Origin: Podarcis cretensis
Lineage: Eukaryota
Length of the DNA stretch: 64,000 nt
Reading direction: 5' to 3'
NCBI GenBank assembly: GCA_951804945.1
Contig: OX638163.1
Location: 47,926,001-47,990,000, forward strand
Shown: positions 37,276 to 51,103 of the stretch, one piece after another
Numbering within the stretch: position 1 is the stretch's first letter
Layout of the letters: each line of letters begins with the position of its first letter
Made by a program: the position numbers and the translations under genes
Notes under the pieces: model-generated
Database searches by the model: none
What the model was told of the DNA's origin: nothing
Seen by the model: the letters and a program-made list of their open reading frames with translations, nothing else

Positions 37276-40200
37276 TCTGTCTGCTGCCAGAGGCCCATGG
37301 AGGTGGTTGGTGAGGTTCAGCATGGAGATTATTGTTAATAGCAGGCATGAAGGAGGCAGGTAGGATTTTCAGAACCTGGGAGAGCTCCAAGAGAGCTGAC
37401 GCATTGCTCCAACAAGAGTAAGAATGTAGACCTAATGTGCCTAAAGTAGGCCAATAACTACTCAAATTCTACCTCTCCTTATCTAAGCTGGAAACATCTT
37501 GGAGGCAAAGCTGTGTGGCTTGAAGTCTTAAGCTTCAACGCCTCTGAGCAACTTGCCATCTCTGCCTGACTCATCTTAGTGGTCCTGTTGCATGCAGAAA
37601 TTCAAATGAGGGGTGAAGATCATTTCCTTGAGCTGTCAGGGAGAGGAGCCATGGTTCATTTTGAACAGGACATGGCTTGCTCTCTTCGGAGCGTGACTCT
37701 CTGCTGCTGTCAGGGGACCCATCAGTCCATCTCCCTGACCTTTTTCTAAAGGCAGCCTGTTGGCTTTTTAACCCCAGCAGGCAAGTGAAATGCCATTAAC
37801 TTTACAAAGGCAGAAAATTAATCCATCATCTGTAAGAGCCTCTGAAGGGTTCAGTGGAGGGCACTTTGAATGTCGGAAAGCTTGGAGGAAACTTGCTGTG
37901 CCAGTCTTCAGCAGGGGAAAGGCTTAAGGAGATACTTAATTTTCTATTGACTTAAACATTTTCATTGCTTGGGTGCTTTGACTGATGATTTTGAGCTGCC
38001 AGCAGTCAATGATTATGTCTCTTTTGTCTTTGCCCTTGTTCAGGTGGGCATCCATAGCTCATGGAATTAACATTGTGAAAGGGGCTTGAGTACAGTGGCT
38101 CTTGAAAGGTGGCTGATAATTCTGTATATGGCTGCTGGATTGGGTCAAAGACCCATCTAACCCAACATCCTGTTCTCACAGCTACCAACCAAATGCTTAT
38201 TATAATAATTCTGCAAGGGGAACGACATCCCGTCATTTCACCACTTGTGGTCCTTTATAGCTTTCTCCTGGCGAATAGAGACTGTGTGTGCATGTGTGTG
38301 CATGTGTGGAAGATCCATGTCATAAATCCCTAGTTCAGCACTCACCTCTAGCCATCGGCCAAAGTTTTCCTTTGGCTGATGAATTATCAGCCTTGCCCAC
38401 ATGACGCCTTCTTATGAGCCAAGTAAACAGGTTGAGGTTACTGGGGCTGCATTTTGAATCTTATCAAGAAAACTAGTTCCATTAAGATATACAAATAGGG
38501 AAGGCTCCCATTTAAGATATGCCAACAGTGAAGCAGGTTGTAAGCTGTGGAAATAAAATAGATACATTTGCTGTTATTATTATATTTTAAATTAATTCAG
38601 TGGGGGCAGGAGTGGAGACCTCTTAATTAAAAGTGGGAACTGTTGTGTGGAACCCAGCTGATGAAGCTCCCACGTCCCCAGATCATTTGACAATTTTTAG
38701 TGTCCTTCTTGCACCTTAGGAAAAGGGGTTTGGGGCTCAGTTTTTGTTTGGTTGTTTGTTTGTTTGTTTGTTCCATCTTTTCTGTTCCTTTCCAGTTTTC
38801 CTTACGCTATTTCTCCATTCTGCCCCCTTTGTCTCAACATCTCTGAATCAGGCTATGCGGCCTCACGTGGCCTCAGTAAATGAACTCGGCAGCGTTTGAG
38901 ATCTTGAAGAATCCTTTAAAGAAATAGGCAACATAGCTTTGAGGAGAAAACTGTGGGATGTTTACAATGTGCCTCTTTTTTTGCAGCATCCACATCATCA
39001 CATCAGTGGCATCAAAATGGCAGTCTGTAGTCCCCACCCATTTAATCCAATTTATTTATTTAAAATATAGCATTATTTCTCAAAAACAAAACCCAAAGAG
39101 GTTTACAACAACCATACAACTTGAAATATTTTTTTTTTAAAAAAAAAAAAACAATGTAAAAATAAATAAAAATAAGTGACCACCCACTAACTGGCTACCC
39201 AGTTGGATCGGGTAAAATAAGAAAGTTGTTGTTGTTGTTGTTGTCCCTATATTCACTGGAGAAATGTTGGAGGGCATGCATGCTCAGAATGTCCAAGAGG
39301 TTTTCCACTTGCCCTGTGCATTCTAGAATTGGGTCTGAGCAGTTTTCCCTTTGCCCTGTCGCTTTTCCTCAGAAAACCTGCTTTTTAGTGATAAATCGGA
39401 ACAAATGGGAATCTGCTGAAAACTCAGTTGCTGTTTGCTCTGATTCAGTGCTAAACCATGAGTTTTCCCCAGGTGGAAGCGGTGAAGCAAACAGAAGTGT
39501 AGGTAAGCCCTAAGTGCCAAGGTTTTTAAAAGTTATTTTTTCTGGTCTGGCGTTTGAGTCAACCATGTGAGCCCCCACCTGGAGTCTGAAGCTGTCCAAA
39601 CAGACAGGTTTACCACCTCTGTTGGAGCAAGGTCAAGAGACATTTCTTAAAAGCATATTAGAGTGATTGCCACCCGGAGCACATTGATGTCAGCACATGA
39701 AAGCTAAAGAGGAGCCGTGTTTTCAGAGACCTAAATAATGCCTGGAGAGCAACAGTCAGTGATGCCCTTGACTCTTCCTCCTGCACCCACCAGGAAGGAT
39801 TTGCTTGTTTTCAAAAATCACCAGTGACAAAGTTGCCTGATTAGACTAATTGTCCCATCTCTCTCGGCTCAGGGAAAGGAAGGTGGCATGATGAGGGCCA
39901 TTAGCAATGCACCTCATCAAGATGGGGTAATTTTGCGAGTCACTTGTCTGGGAATGGAGCAGAGACGAGAGAGCATCGCTTTTCCTTCTGTTGCCATACG
40001 CTGCTTTTCAGTGTGAGAAAGTCTTCACTTCTGATGTGGGGGTGGGTGGGCAGGGGAAGTGCAAGAAAAGTTTAAACTCCATGTAATTGCTCACTTTTCT
40101 GTAAAATCTGTGGCTGTTGAAGTGTGTGTGGATAGGGGAAGCAGATGAAGGGAAATGGAATTAGTATGAAAAATGCTTCCATCACATCACCATGGTCTGT

Positions 40201-40652
40201 GCATTCTGATGTGAATGGGCCACAAGTTCCATTTGCAGCCCCTAAACTCCTAAGAGAAATGGCCACTCTAAGGAAATTGTAATGGAATTTGGCAAACAGG
40301 GTCACGGTTGCCAGTTTGCTCAATGAAACAGAGGGTGTGTGGAGTCTTGCATGCCCTGATCTGTAGGTCACAAGTCACAGATAGGGAGCCAACGTTGTGG
40401 ACTCCATCCAGGTCACCAAGACCAATGGTCTAATATTATCAAAACAGCAGCATCCGGAGGGCTGCAGGCTCCCCATCCCTAATCTAAACAGTCATTGCCA
40501 CAATAATAGGCTCTTGAACAGCCACGAATGAAAGGACCTCACCTTGACAACAGGCAGCCCACATCATCAGCAGAGCACATAATCTGTATGTGGGAAAGCC
40601 TTGGGTTCAATCCCCAGCAGCCCTAAATTAGATCTTGTTCTTAGTTGATTAG

Positions 40653-40653
<1 letters not shown>

Positions 40654-40688
<35 letters not shown>
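40654..40688. repeat. (CAT)n microsatellite
   Basis: Direct reading. Confidence 0.9.
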
Positions 40689-42139
40689 ATAAAAATAAAA
40701 AAACCTAAGTGGGAGGTAGGGATGTCAAAGAATTCTGACAGAAACAGAAGCAGAAGATGTGGGTGTTCGCTTATTTTTTCCAAGTCTGGAATGGAAATCA
40801 ATTTAGGGAATGCAATCAGTGTTCACTGTTTTTGTTGATTTTGGTTTGCAAATGATAAACTTATTATTTATATCATGGCCCCACCCCACCTCACCCTGCC
40901 ATCACATTTGCACTGTGTTTCCTTTGCATTGAAATGAGCTGGGTGGAAGGAGATGACAATGTAATTGATTATGTCAATAGTGTAAGTTAAGTAATTTTGC
41001 TGCAATGGGCAAATGAGATAAATGACATAGTAGCATTTGGGGGTGGGAAGTTCAAACAAGCAGAAGAGTTGCAAAAGACCCACCCCACCCCTCTCTGCCT
41101 GAAACCCTGGAAAGCCAGTGCAAGTCAGAATATTGCAAGCTTCCCCAACCTGGTGCCCTCTAGATATTTTGGAGTTCCATTCCCAACCATCCCAGATAGC
41201 ACAGCCAAGATCATATAGGCATGCTGGGTGGGGTTGATGGGAACTGGAGGACCCAGGTTGGGGAAGCTGGAACAGATAGTTCAATTCCCTCCCAGCATTT
41301 TCATCTGCCCATGTAAAAAGTAGTAACCACTTCTTGCCTCACAATCAGGGCCACGACAGTGGGGAGCCCTTCCCATGCCCATCTCTTAGCCATTCTGGTT
41401 GTGAGCCCAGCAGGCAATTTAAGGGTGCAAAGGGGGTAACTGATCACCATGAGACAAATAATCTTATGCACCCTAAGAACCACCCTCAGACAAGTATGCA
41501 AGTAAAACTTCATCTCATGATGTACTAGGGTCGTCCTGGATTATTTTTTTTAGCTGAATGAATACAAATTATCTGGGAAGCAAAACAGCTGCATAACATT
41601 CTGGAAAGAAATGTAATGTTTGCTTGTGCCTCATTCAGAAGGTCATCACCTCTCAAATGGCGAATTAAGTCACAGGTTGAATTGAGCTCACTTTCATTAA
41701 GCTGCACGTGTCTTATTTATTTAAAGGTGGCTCTGAGGATGACTTGTTTCTCATCTTGGATGAGTGCCTGGCCTTCCTTAAAACTAATTAGCAACCTCTC
41801 TCTGCTTATCTAAAAGGGAGAGACTCCATGATTTGCACATCCCCTGGTAGCTGGCCTGATTTTCCTTGGGGAAAGGGTCATAGCACAGGGGGGGGGGGAA
41901 TTGCTTTGCAAATAGAAGCCTCCAGGTTCAGTCCCTGGCATCTCTAGACAGAGCTGGAACGGAGTCCTGCCTGAAGCCCTGCAGAGCCCACTACCAGTCA
42001 GGGTGGACATAAACATTGTGATGCATCACCAGCTAAACATTGTGATATGCCAATATATCACAATGTCTGAAATAAGGATTGAGCTGTGAGGAGGCAATGG
42101 CTGGCTTCACAGTTTTTCCCGCATTGTGATTTTTGTGTA

Positions 42140-42142
42140 GCG

Positions 42143-42184
<42 letters not shown>
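42140..42184. repeat. (CG)n(CA)n alternating purine-pyrimidine tract
   Basis: Direct reading. Confidence 0.9.
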
Positions 42185-42187
<3 letters not shown>

Positions 42188-43408
42188 TGATTCATGATAT
42201 ATTGCCAGGTCAAAAATTATGAAACCAATATCACAGTATGGACTTCAAACTAGATTTGGACAATATATTGATATATCACCCAGCCCTGGTGGACAGTATT
42301 GAGCTAGATCGACCAATGGTCTGACTCAGGTTAAGGCAGTTTCCTGTACTCCCATTTGAGTAGAAGGTCATAGCTCAGTCTTAGAGCAAGGGCTTTGCCT
42401 GCTCCAGGACCAATAAAATGATCCAAACACGTTCAATAACGAGGTGCAGCAGCATGGCCTGACCTGTCCCCTTGGACAGCCAGCATATTCAATATTTAAA
42501 ACACTGTGGCTGGGCATCTAGGAGTGTTCATAGCATAGCTGCATGCATGATTACATGGAAGTGGATCTCAGTGGGTTCTGTGCTGGCTGATCCTTGGGAA
42601 CCACGTTTGGGTGCCACCAGGCTATATTCCTTGCCCACCTAGACCAGACTAGGTCTCTGTGTGGCTGTCCATGGTCTCAGGTCCCTCCCCTTCCCTGCTG
42701 CCTGATACTTTAAAATTGTTCTAGCTGGGAATTGAACCAGGGGCTTACTGCATGCAGAGCCTGTGCTCTCCTTGGGGACTCCCCCACTGCAGCTTTGATT
42801 TCTTTATTTCCTTTCTCTTGGCACTTCAGCAGATTTCTCATAGCACCCGGTTTGGGAACTACAAACCTAGGGGCTCCCTAGGGGTAAGTGAATCCACCAG
42901 TTTAAGTTTCTCCCAGTTTCCCATTTTATTCCAATCTTAATTTTTCACAGTAATTTGCGGTTTCTTTTTAAAATCCCTGTGAAAATTCACCAGCAATTTT
43001 AGAGCAAATTTCTCTTCATATACATATTGTGTATGCAATTTTGACCAACGTGCCATTTTTATTTTGCAAAGCCCTCTCCCCGATTTCTGCTTGCTGTTGT
43101 ATTCTTACACACATTTTTGTATCCACAGTTTGGCTAGAGAGCTGCAGCACCAAAATTCAGAGAAGTGTGAATTTCAGATAATTGTGTTTTTGTTCCCGTA
43201 TTGGTTCAAGAAATGTGAATTAGGCCATTTTTCATCCAGATGCAAAGGGATGAATTTCTCCTGCAGTTCTCATGTGCCACCCAGTGCAATTCTGAGCCCC
43301 AACTAGGTTGTTAAGTACTAGTGTGAAACCCTTCCCCAACTAATCTGTCTTCTCTCCCCTTGCTTCTCTTCCTCTCTCTCTCTCCCACTGTCTCTTTCTG
43401 TGTTTCAG

Positions 43409-43609
43409 ATTATGCTTGGCCCTTACCTAAACAATTGTGTCCAATCTGGATTTCCTTAGATGTCCTCTTTTCTACTGCCTCTATCATGCACCTCTGTGCC
43501 ATCTCTCTTGACCGCTATGTTGCGATCCGTAACCCCATCGAGCACAGCCGGTTTAATTCTCGCACCAAGGCAATAATGAAAATTGCTGCTGTTTGGACCA
43601 TCTCTATAG
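43409..43609 (+). CDS. HTR2C: HTR2C coding exon 2 (ECL1, TM3, DRY, ICL2, TM4)
   Basis: Long pyrimidine tract then TTTCAG acceptor; donor TAG|GTAAGT. 201 nt, phase 1/1. Peptide [60 protein letters not shown]. Confidence 0.97.
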
Positions 43610-45736
43610 GTAAGTCACCCTCCCTTGTTGCCAATTATAACCTTGTAAATACTGGCGTGGTTTTCTTTTTCCAGCCTCTATTTACTTTGAAAAAACTTCC
43701 ATAAATTTCAGTTAATATGGGTTGCAATGACTGATGATAATGGACTGTTGCTGCAAACAATAAAGCTTTCTTATTAATTGGCTGGCAGAGTTTATTAAGC
43801 ATTATACTTCACCTTCCAATATCAATTATGATACCCATATGGGCAAGCCAATCAATATCTGAAGCTGGCCAAAACCCAGCCTATTGGACAAGGGTTGTGT
43901 GGACAGCATAGATACATCTGCAGCAAAGAGTTGTTGGGCATGTGCAGGTGTGTAATCTTCTGCACAAACACTTAAACATGTTACCTTTAAGATGCCAGCA
44001 ACCCCTCTGGGTTTTATTTCTAAGTGATCAGTTCCCCTGGAGCCTGAAGTAGTGCCATCCACTGAACCTCCTCAGCATTCTGCCAACTGAAATGTTGCTT
44101 GTCCTTCGTGCCTTTCACATCCTGCATCTCCCACCAAACAACTGTACATTTTGTAAGTGAGAGAGTAGCATGGAAAGTGGTAAATGTTGAGAAGGTCTTG
44201 GCCCACTTGGTGGGTGGGTTCCTAGGGATGTTAAGAAAGCAGAAATATCCATTCCAACCTGCATTCATCACCACCAGTGCTGTTTCCATTCCACTGCACT
44301 TTGGTTCCCACCAAGTACTCAGTTGTTCACCCTGCAGCCCGCTATTTGATGCAAGTGATGTGAGTTACTTAACTTGCATAACTCTTTATGAAGCTTACAT
44401 TCAATGTAAAGGAAATGACAAAACAATGTGGTGGTGACACATTAACTGCTTATTGTTTGCAGACTTAAAAACAATATGAACAAATAAAGACAAACACATG
44501 AATGGCAGCAATTTTTGCTTCCTTTCCTGTTTTTGGTGGAATTCTCTGACATCCCTAGCTCTGACCCAGGTCAGGTTTCTAGGATGGGCCCAGGACATTT
44601 TACTAGCTGAGACAGAACAGCAAATGGTGTGCCCCCCACCCAAGTCAAAGGGTTGTCTTCAATGTTAGTCCTACTCAGCGTAGAACCACTGGAACCAAAG
44701 GACATGACAAACTCAGTAAATTCAATTAGTCTACTTTGAGTAGATCTTGGGTAGAACCCAAGACTGGTAAGTGATTTTGTCACCTGAGATGCAGGGGTAT
44801 CTGACATTTGTAGAACATTAGGCATGAGTTGGTTCCTCGAAAGTCACACTGTCCAACTTCTGCAGATCAAAAACTGGGATGTCCTTCCTCCTGGATGTGC
44901 TCCCTGGTGAGTCACGTGGTCTATGCTGTGCTCCCCCCCCCAATGGTTTTTTTTTTAGGGCAAAATCTTAGTATATGCCATACCAGCCTTGCTCTTTAAA
45001 AGCCAGAGTAGTGTCACTGATGTTTTAGTCAGTGTAGATGTAACACAGATATCCAAAGGTTAGCCCTGCCAAGTTAGCATCCTTCTCCACCCCCACCCAC
45101 AATTTGATGCCATATACTCTGCTCACAAAGGAGCCAGGAATTAAGCCGGATGATGCAATAGCTTCAGCCACTGCTTAATGCAATCTTGGGTTGTGGGAAA
45201 GCTTTTCAGGGGAGGGTTGCCTGGAGCAAGTTTTTGAAGGTTGTGGACAAGATATGTGATCCTTTCCTCTGTTTCTTTTGTAGCTGATTAAAATAACAAT
45301 TTAAGTTGGTGGGTATGGAATGTTTTGGGTGGGCCGTCAGTTCAAGATGGCTGGCCATCCTCTCCCTGTACTTGTGGAGCCATCTGGTGGGCAAGTGGGC
45401 TAACCTTGTTTCTCCCAGGGCTCTATCTGTTTAGCCAGGGCTTGCAAGAATGTGTATAAATAAGGGAAATGAAATAGAAACATTAGTATATTGAGAGAAA
45501 TGTCCACTAAAATGCTGGCAACTTTTAAAATGCAAACTGATGTCTAATATCCGCTAGGAATGAAAGAAACTGACACAGGGAGAGTTGCTCATCCCTATTG
45601 TTAAATGAAATTATCATTATCCATTCCAAGCATATAAGTGGGGTTATAAAATGGGTTATAAATCTAAACTGAAATAACGTATTTTGCTGCTCCTGCTGTT
45701 GTTTTTGGCCTTCCCTTTCCGAATGGATCTCTTCAG

Positions 45737-46563
45737 GGATCTCACTGCCCATCCCAGTCATCGGCCTGCAAGACGATTCCCGGGTGTTTGTGAATGGGAG
45801 CTGCGTCCTCAATGATGAGAACTTTGTCCTCATTGGTTCCTTTGTGGCGTTCTTCATCCCGCTCATCATCATGGTGTTTGCCTACTGCCTGACCATCCAA
45901 GTGCTGCAGAAACAAGCATCTGTGTTCCTGTACGGGGAGGCGCCCAAGCAGAGGAGGAGCAGCATGAGCTGTCTGAAGAAGGAGAACAACACGGAGAACC
46001 TCTCCATGCTCCAGAACCATGAGGCCGCATCCCACTTGAACTCTCCTGTCAACAAGGAAGGGGTGCTGTTCCGGAAAGGCACCATGCAGTCCATCAACAA
46101 TGAGCGGAGGGCATCCAAGGTCCTGGGGATTGTCTTCTTTCTGTTCCTCATCATGTGGTGCCCCTTTTTCATCACCAACATCATGTCTGTGCTCTGCAAG
46201 GAAGCCTGTGATGAGGCTCTGCTGGGGGAGCTCCTGGACGTCTTCGTTTGGGTGGGCTACATCTGCTCTGGGGTCAACCCCCTGGTATACACACTCTTCA
46301 ACAAAATCTACCGCAGGGCTTTCTCTAACTACATCCGCTGCCGTTACAACAATGGCAAAAAGTCAGCGCAGCGGCACAACCAGTGTCCAAACGTCTCGAC
46401 AACAGCTTTATACGGGAAAGACCTCAATTTGAACAGTTACCGCAATGGGAATGAACTCAACAGCATGGAGATGGACGAGACGGAGGATGCTTTGGAAATG
46501 CACGTAGGAACCTCAGAGCTCTCGATAAACAACTGCAGTGGCAAGAAAACAAGTAGTGTGTAA
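45737..46563 (+). CDS. HTR2C: HTR2C coding exon 3 (TM4 end to C-terminus)
   Basis: Acceptor CTTCAG|GG restores frame (GISLPIPVIGLQDD). Contains LIGSFVAFFIP, MWCPFFITN, NPLVY and YRRAFSNY, and ends with C-terminal PDZ motif SSV. Spliced total 388+201+827=1416 nt = 471 aa plus stop. Confidence 0.97.
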
Positions 46564-49320
46564 GACTGTTCAAGGACACACCTACGCTCCGGATTTCGTT
46601 GTGGCTCAGCTACAGACAATGTATGTGTTAATCAAAGAATGATGTAAATAATGCATTCTGAACAAAGCAGTCTCTCCTTTTTTTAAATTTGAACTTTCAC
46701 ATTTGTAACTCATTGCTTTCCATCATTCCTAAAACAGAATCTGTACTTACTGTTAAAAGCAGAGGAGGCAGAGCCTCTATAGGAACAGTGGGTACCAGAC
46801 CCAAAGTGGCATTTGTTATTTTGCTTCTGAAATGTTGATTTTTCTCCCCTTGCTGCATGAACAAAAGTGCTGACTATTAATCTCAGGTGGTATTTTTTTG
46901 AGTCCTCAATGGTCCATTATGAGTAGTCACAAATCAAATAAAGGGATATGGGCTTGGATAGTTCAACGTTTCTTGTGCTGGCATTGATAGCAAACCCTGG
47001 ATAAATGCATGTTGTGCTTGGTTGTGGTGGATGAGTTGATGAAAATGACTACCTGGATGAATGACAGCTGTGGGAAAAGATGAATCCCAGGCTAAGGAAT
47101 CATTAGAAAAGGGATCAAAACAAACCTGTCAATACCACCATGCCTTTAAAGAAATCATGTTTCCACGTCTTCCTTTTATTTTTTAAAGGATCTTTGTAGA
47201 ACTGGAAATGGTGCAGAAAAAAGTAACCATAGGGATCAAAGGCCTGGGACAACTCCCCTGTGAATAAAAGCTACATTAGATTTGCAACTTTTTAATTTGA
47301 AAAAGAAGTTGAATAAAGGTGGCATGTTAGTGGTGTATATGATATTGCATGGTTTGAGAAAGTGGACAAAGGGTTTCCCCCACATCCCCCCTCTCAAAAT
47401 ACTAGAACCTAATGGGGCCATGCAATTGAAGATTCAGGAGAGATAAAAAGGAGAATTGTACCACGCGGTGCACAGTCAGAATATGGGATTTGTTTCCATA
47501 AAGTGTGACGATGGCCACCAATTTAGATTGGATTAGACACATTCTGCAACGGCTACTTGTTAGGGTGGCTGGATTTTATCTCCAGGATCAGAGATATCAG
47601 GCTTCTGAATCCCACTTCCTTAGGAACCACAGTATGAGAGGGCTTGTCTCTTCCTTGTGGGCTTCCCATAGACACCTGGTAAGCCATCGTGGGCAACTGG
47701 ATGTTGGACTAGGAAGCAGGGCTCTTCCTATGTTCCTTTGTTATGAGGAGCAGAATAAGATTTTTAAAAGCCTGCCAGTGAGAACCTGTCAACAGGGCTG
47801 GATGTTTGTGTTGCAATTTTGGTGCATGACATTTCCTAAAGAAATGTGCCTCTCTTAAGTAGGAAGGGAAGTGACCAAAGTGCTCCCTCCAAAGTGCTAT
47901 TTTGTTTGAACATTCTCTCTAGCCCTTTCCCAACATCCTAGAAGGCAATGCTTTTAAAAGTCTCATCAGGTGTGAGGAAGGGGAAGGAGAAAGAATGCAC
48001 AATTAGCTTGCTCTTCCTGTTCCCCATTGTTCTCCAAAATAGATCTTGCACCAGGAAGCAAAGATTCAGGCTGGCACCATACCTGGGATGGTGGACTTGC
48101 AGGCTGACTGTAATTCATGCATCCCCCAGAAATATGGTGGAACAGAGAGTGAGACAGACAAGATGGCAGAGAGTGAGAGAACTACATAGTCCTGCAGACT
48201 TCACTCACTTTGGTCCATGGCTCTGCCTAGTTGACTTTCTATAACCCAGCAGCCCTTCATAGGAAAAGGTTCTCCATCTTGTCCATAGGGAGATGCACAA
48301 GATCAAATATGGAGAAAAGTGGAGAAAAGTGTTAAAATATGGAGAAAAGTGGAGAAAAGTGTTAAAAAGGAAACTTGAGTTGCTGGAATGGAAGCCATTG
48401 TACTTTCACCCAACCAGTGAACTATAGTCTACCTATGGAGTGCAAATGGAAAAAGGAATTCCCACCCCTAGGTGACTTCTGTAACAAATCTGGTGCAGGA
48501 AGGAAACTGTATCCTCACCCTCTGTGACCTTCAAGAGAACCAGACCCAAGGATTGTTCCTTGTTGTAAGTCCAATGAAATTTTGGGATTCCATTGAAACT
48601 TTTGCTGATGACTCGCACCAATGGCTTGGTGCTCCTCTGTACATTAATTTTTTTCCATGTAGCTAACTTGCTTAGAATCATTTCTCCCAAAATACTGTAG
48701 GTAACCTCACCCTCTGGAGATTTCTGATGAAAGTTACTGCTTTGAATGAGTTTCCCCAACCAATTTTCTTGGGCTAGGCAGGGTTTGCAGGAACATGGAG
48801 TTCAGGTCTCTTGAAAAGATGTAGTTAGTTGATCAAAACATTATGGTGCTTGAAGCAGTCCCCCATTTTGTCCCAGTGTACTAAGAGAAACTACCTAAAG
48901 GAAAGGAGTTGCATGTAAGTGGACTGCTGTGTATAACAGACAAGGTAACATCATTCAGCAAAGCACCACAACTTATTACTCAAAGGAGACAAAGGGATAT
49001 TTTTCTTTTATTCACAAAAAGCTTTTACCAGCACAAGTACAACAGAATGACAGCTTCTTATTGTATTGGAGTGGCGTAGATTCTGAGTGTGCACATTAAA
49101 AACACATAACTTGGTAGGAGGGCAAATTTAAGTATCTAAACAACCTCCAGGTTTTTTAAAAATAGCTAGTTGCTAAATGTCATGTGCCTGCAAAGGCTTG
49201 TAGGTATGTTGATGATTTAGGGTCAGTGCGAGATTCTGAGAAGTTCAGTCTTCTGTGCCTTGGTATCTGGTGCTGTTTCTCAATGAGCAACAACCAAATA
49301 AACAGCGCAAAACATCTCTA
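46564..49320 (+). other. HTR2C 3' UTR (end uncertain)
   Basis: AT-rich sequence after the stop. AATAAA candidates near 46938, 47263, 47312, 49297 and further out near 53507. Confidence 0.35.
48306..48367. repeat. 30-bp tandem duplication AAATATGGAGAAAAGTGGAGAAAAGTGTTA
   Basis: Two exact copies. Confidence 0.85.
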
Positions 49321-50134
49321 TAGAAACATGTTTCTTTGTATAATATAGATCAGGTGTAGGGAACTTCTGTGGCACACCAGATGTTGCTGGAGCACTCCTA
49401 GGAATGTAAGAAGACATCATTATCCATTGATTATCATTATCCATTCCGTCCTGTATTCATCACATGAAGTTTGTCTTCCACTGAAAACTCCATTATTTGT
49501 CTCACACTGTCTGCTATGGCAAAGTGGTAACCTACACAATTTATGTAGTTGTCGTTACATTATGTATTACATTGGGAGGCTTTAAAAGAGGATTAGAGAA
49601 ATCCGTGTTACAGCTATGCACTACCTCCACAGTCACAGAAAGTAATGCTTACGAGTACTGGGTTGGCTGGAAGCCACAGAAGGGGAGAGTGCTGTTGTGC
49701 TCATGTTGTGCACCCTGGTTTCCCACAGGCATCTGGTGGGCCACCTTGAGAGCAGGTTACTAGGCTTGACGGGCCATTGACCTGATATTGCAGGCTGTTC
49801 ATATTCCACCCCATCAATTTCAGTACAAAGGAGGTGCATTGCAAATGAAGAGGAGTCACATAATCAATTACATATTGCTTGAGGCTGTTGAATGTAGCAG
49901 CCACAGCAAATAGTGATCACATACGCTGGGTTGATTTCTGTTCTGGACATGGGGCAAAGAAAGCAATTTCCCCTCCCATTTCTGTTTTTGTTGGAATTCT
50001 CCGATATTCCTAAGTACAACTCCAATCAACCCCAGAAAGCATGGCCAACGGCCATGGACGATGGGAGTTTTAGTTCAGCACCATCAGAAGAGCTGGAGGT
50101 TCAGCACACCTGATATAGAAGATTCACAAAATTA

Positions 50135-50286
50135 CTGTATTTTTCCATGTATAAGGCTAGGTTTTTTTCCTTTTAAAAAATGTCAAAAATTTGGGGGCAT
50201 CTAATACATGGATAGTAAAATACACAATTTTTTCTTAAATCAGAGTCCCCCAAAATTTGGGGCATCTTATAGACGGAAAAATACAG
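50135..50286. mobile_element. pogo/Tigger-like MITE
   Basis: TA-CTGTATTTTTCC...GGAAAAATACAG-TA. Confidence 0.8.
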
Positions 50287-50496
50287 TAATCATTCCTTGG
50301 CACAAAATTTAGATTACCTTGATGGCAGTCTTTAGTTGATTGCTTTATTTATACTTAGCCTCTCTCATGTAGATAATGACATTTCAGTCTAGTTCTTAAG
50401 ACCTGGTTGAAGCCCAATTTTTTTATATAAACTGAGGATTCCTTGAAGGGGAGATTTATCTAATAATCTATACAGCTCATCATATACAATGACAGT

Positions 50497-50544
<48 letters not shown>
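50497..50544. repeat. (AAC)n microsatellite
   Basis: Direct reading. Confidence 0.9.
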
Positions 50545-50545
<1 letters not shown>

Positions 50546-50760
50546 GTTATTGGTATTAACTGCCAATGCAGTTCTGTCTAAAGCACCATGTTCATTGCTA
50601 AGTGTTTGCCACCTTCTTTCAAGCTCTTCAGACTCCTCCTTGCATCTTTCTAGCAGAAGTTACCAAAGAGGCAGCATTGCTTCCTCTTGGCTGTGTTAAG
50701 AAGATTATCATTCCAGCATCACTGAAGGCAAGGTTTTTGCAGGTGAGTAGTCCTCAGTGA

Positions 50761-51103
50761 GGGATGCGGGTGGCACTGTGGGTTAAACCACAGAGCCTAG
50801 GACTTGCTGATCAGAAGGTTGGCAGTTCGAATCCCCACGACAGGGTGAGCTCCTGTTGCTCAGTCCCTGCTCCTGCCAACCTAGCAGTTCGAAAGCATGT
50901 CAAAGTGCAAGTAGATAAATAGGTGTGTGAAGGTAAACAGTGTTTCCATGCACTGCTCTGGTTCACCAGAAGCGGCTTGGTCATGCTGGCCACATGACCC
51001 AGAAGCTGTACGCCGGCTCCCTCGGCCAATAAAGCAAGATGAGCACCACAACCCCAGAGTTGGCCACAACTGGACCTAACGGTCAGGGGTCCCTTTACCC
51101 CTT
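50761..51103 (+). mobile_element. Sauria SINE
   Basis: 13-bp TSD TAGTCCTCAGTGA at 50748-50760 and 51104-51116. Confidence 0.93.

Noticed and set aside
15321-43408. Mammalian HTR2C intronic miRNAs or snoRNA (e.g. miR-448, SNORA35)
   Set aside because: No recognisable mature sequence by eye. An Infernal or miRBase search would be needed to exclude them fully.
44925-44934. GCTGTGCTC as a possible editing complementary sequence
   Set aside because: Only 9 nt of complementarity, 1.3 kb away, not covering the edited adenosines; consistent with chance.
14933-46563. Assignment as HTR2A or a novel 5-HT2 paralog
   Set aside because: NWPAL, WISLDV, RNPIEH, GSFVAF, YRRAFSNY and terminal SSV all match 5-HT2C. 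Synteny cannot be checked within this window.
45525-46619. Antisense and alternative-frame ORFs over exon 3
   Set aside because: Expected shadows of a GC3-rich coding exon.
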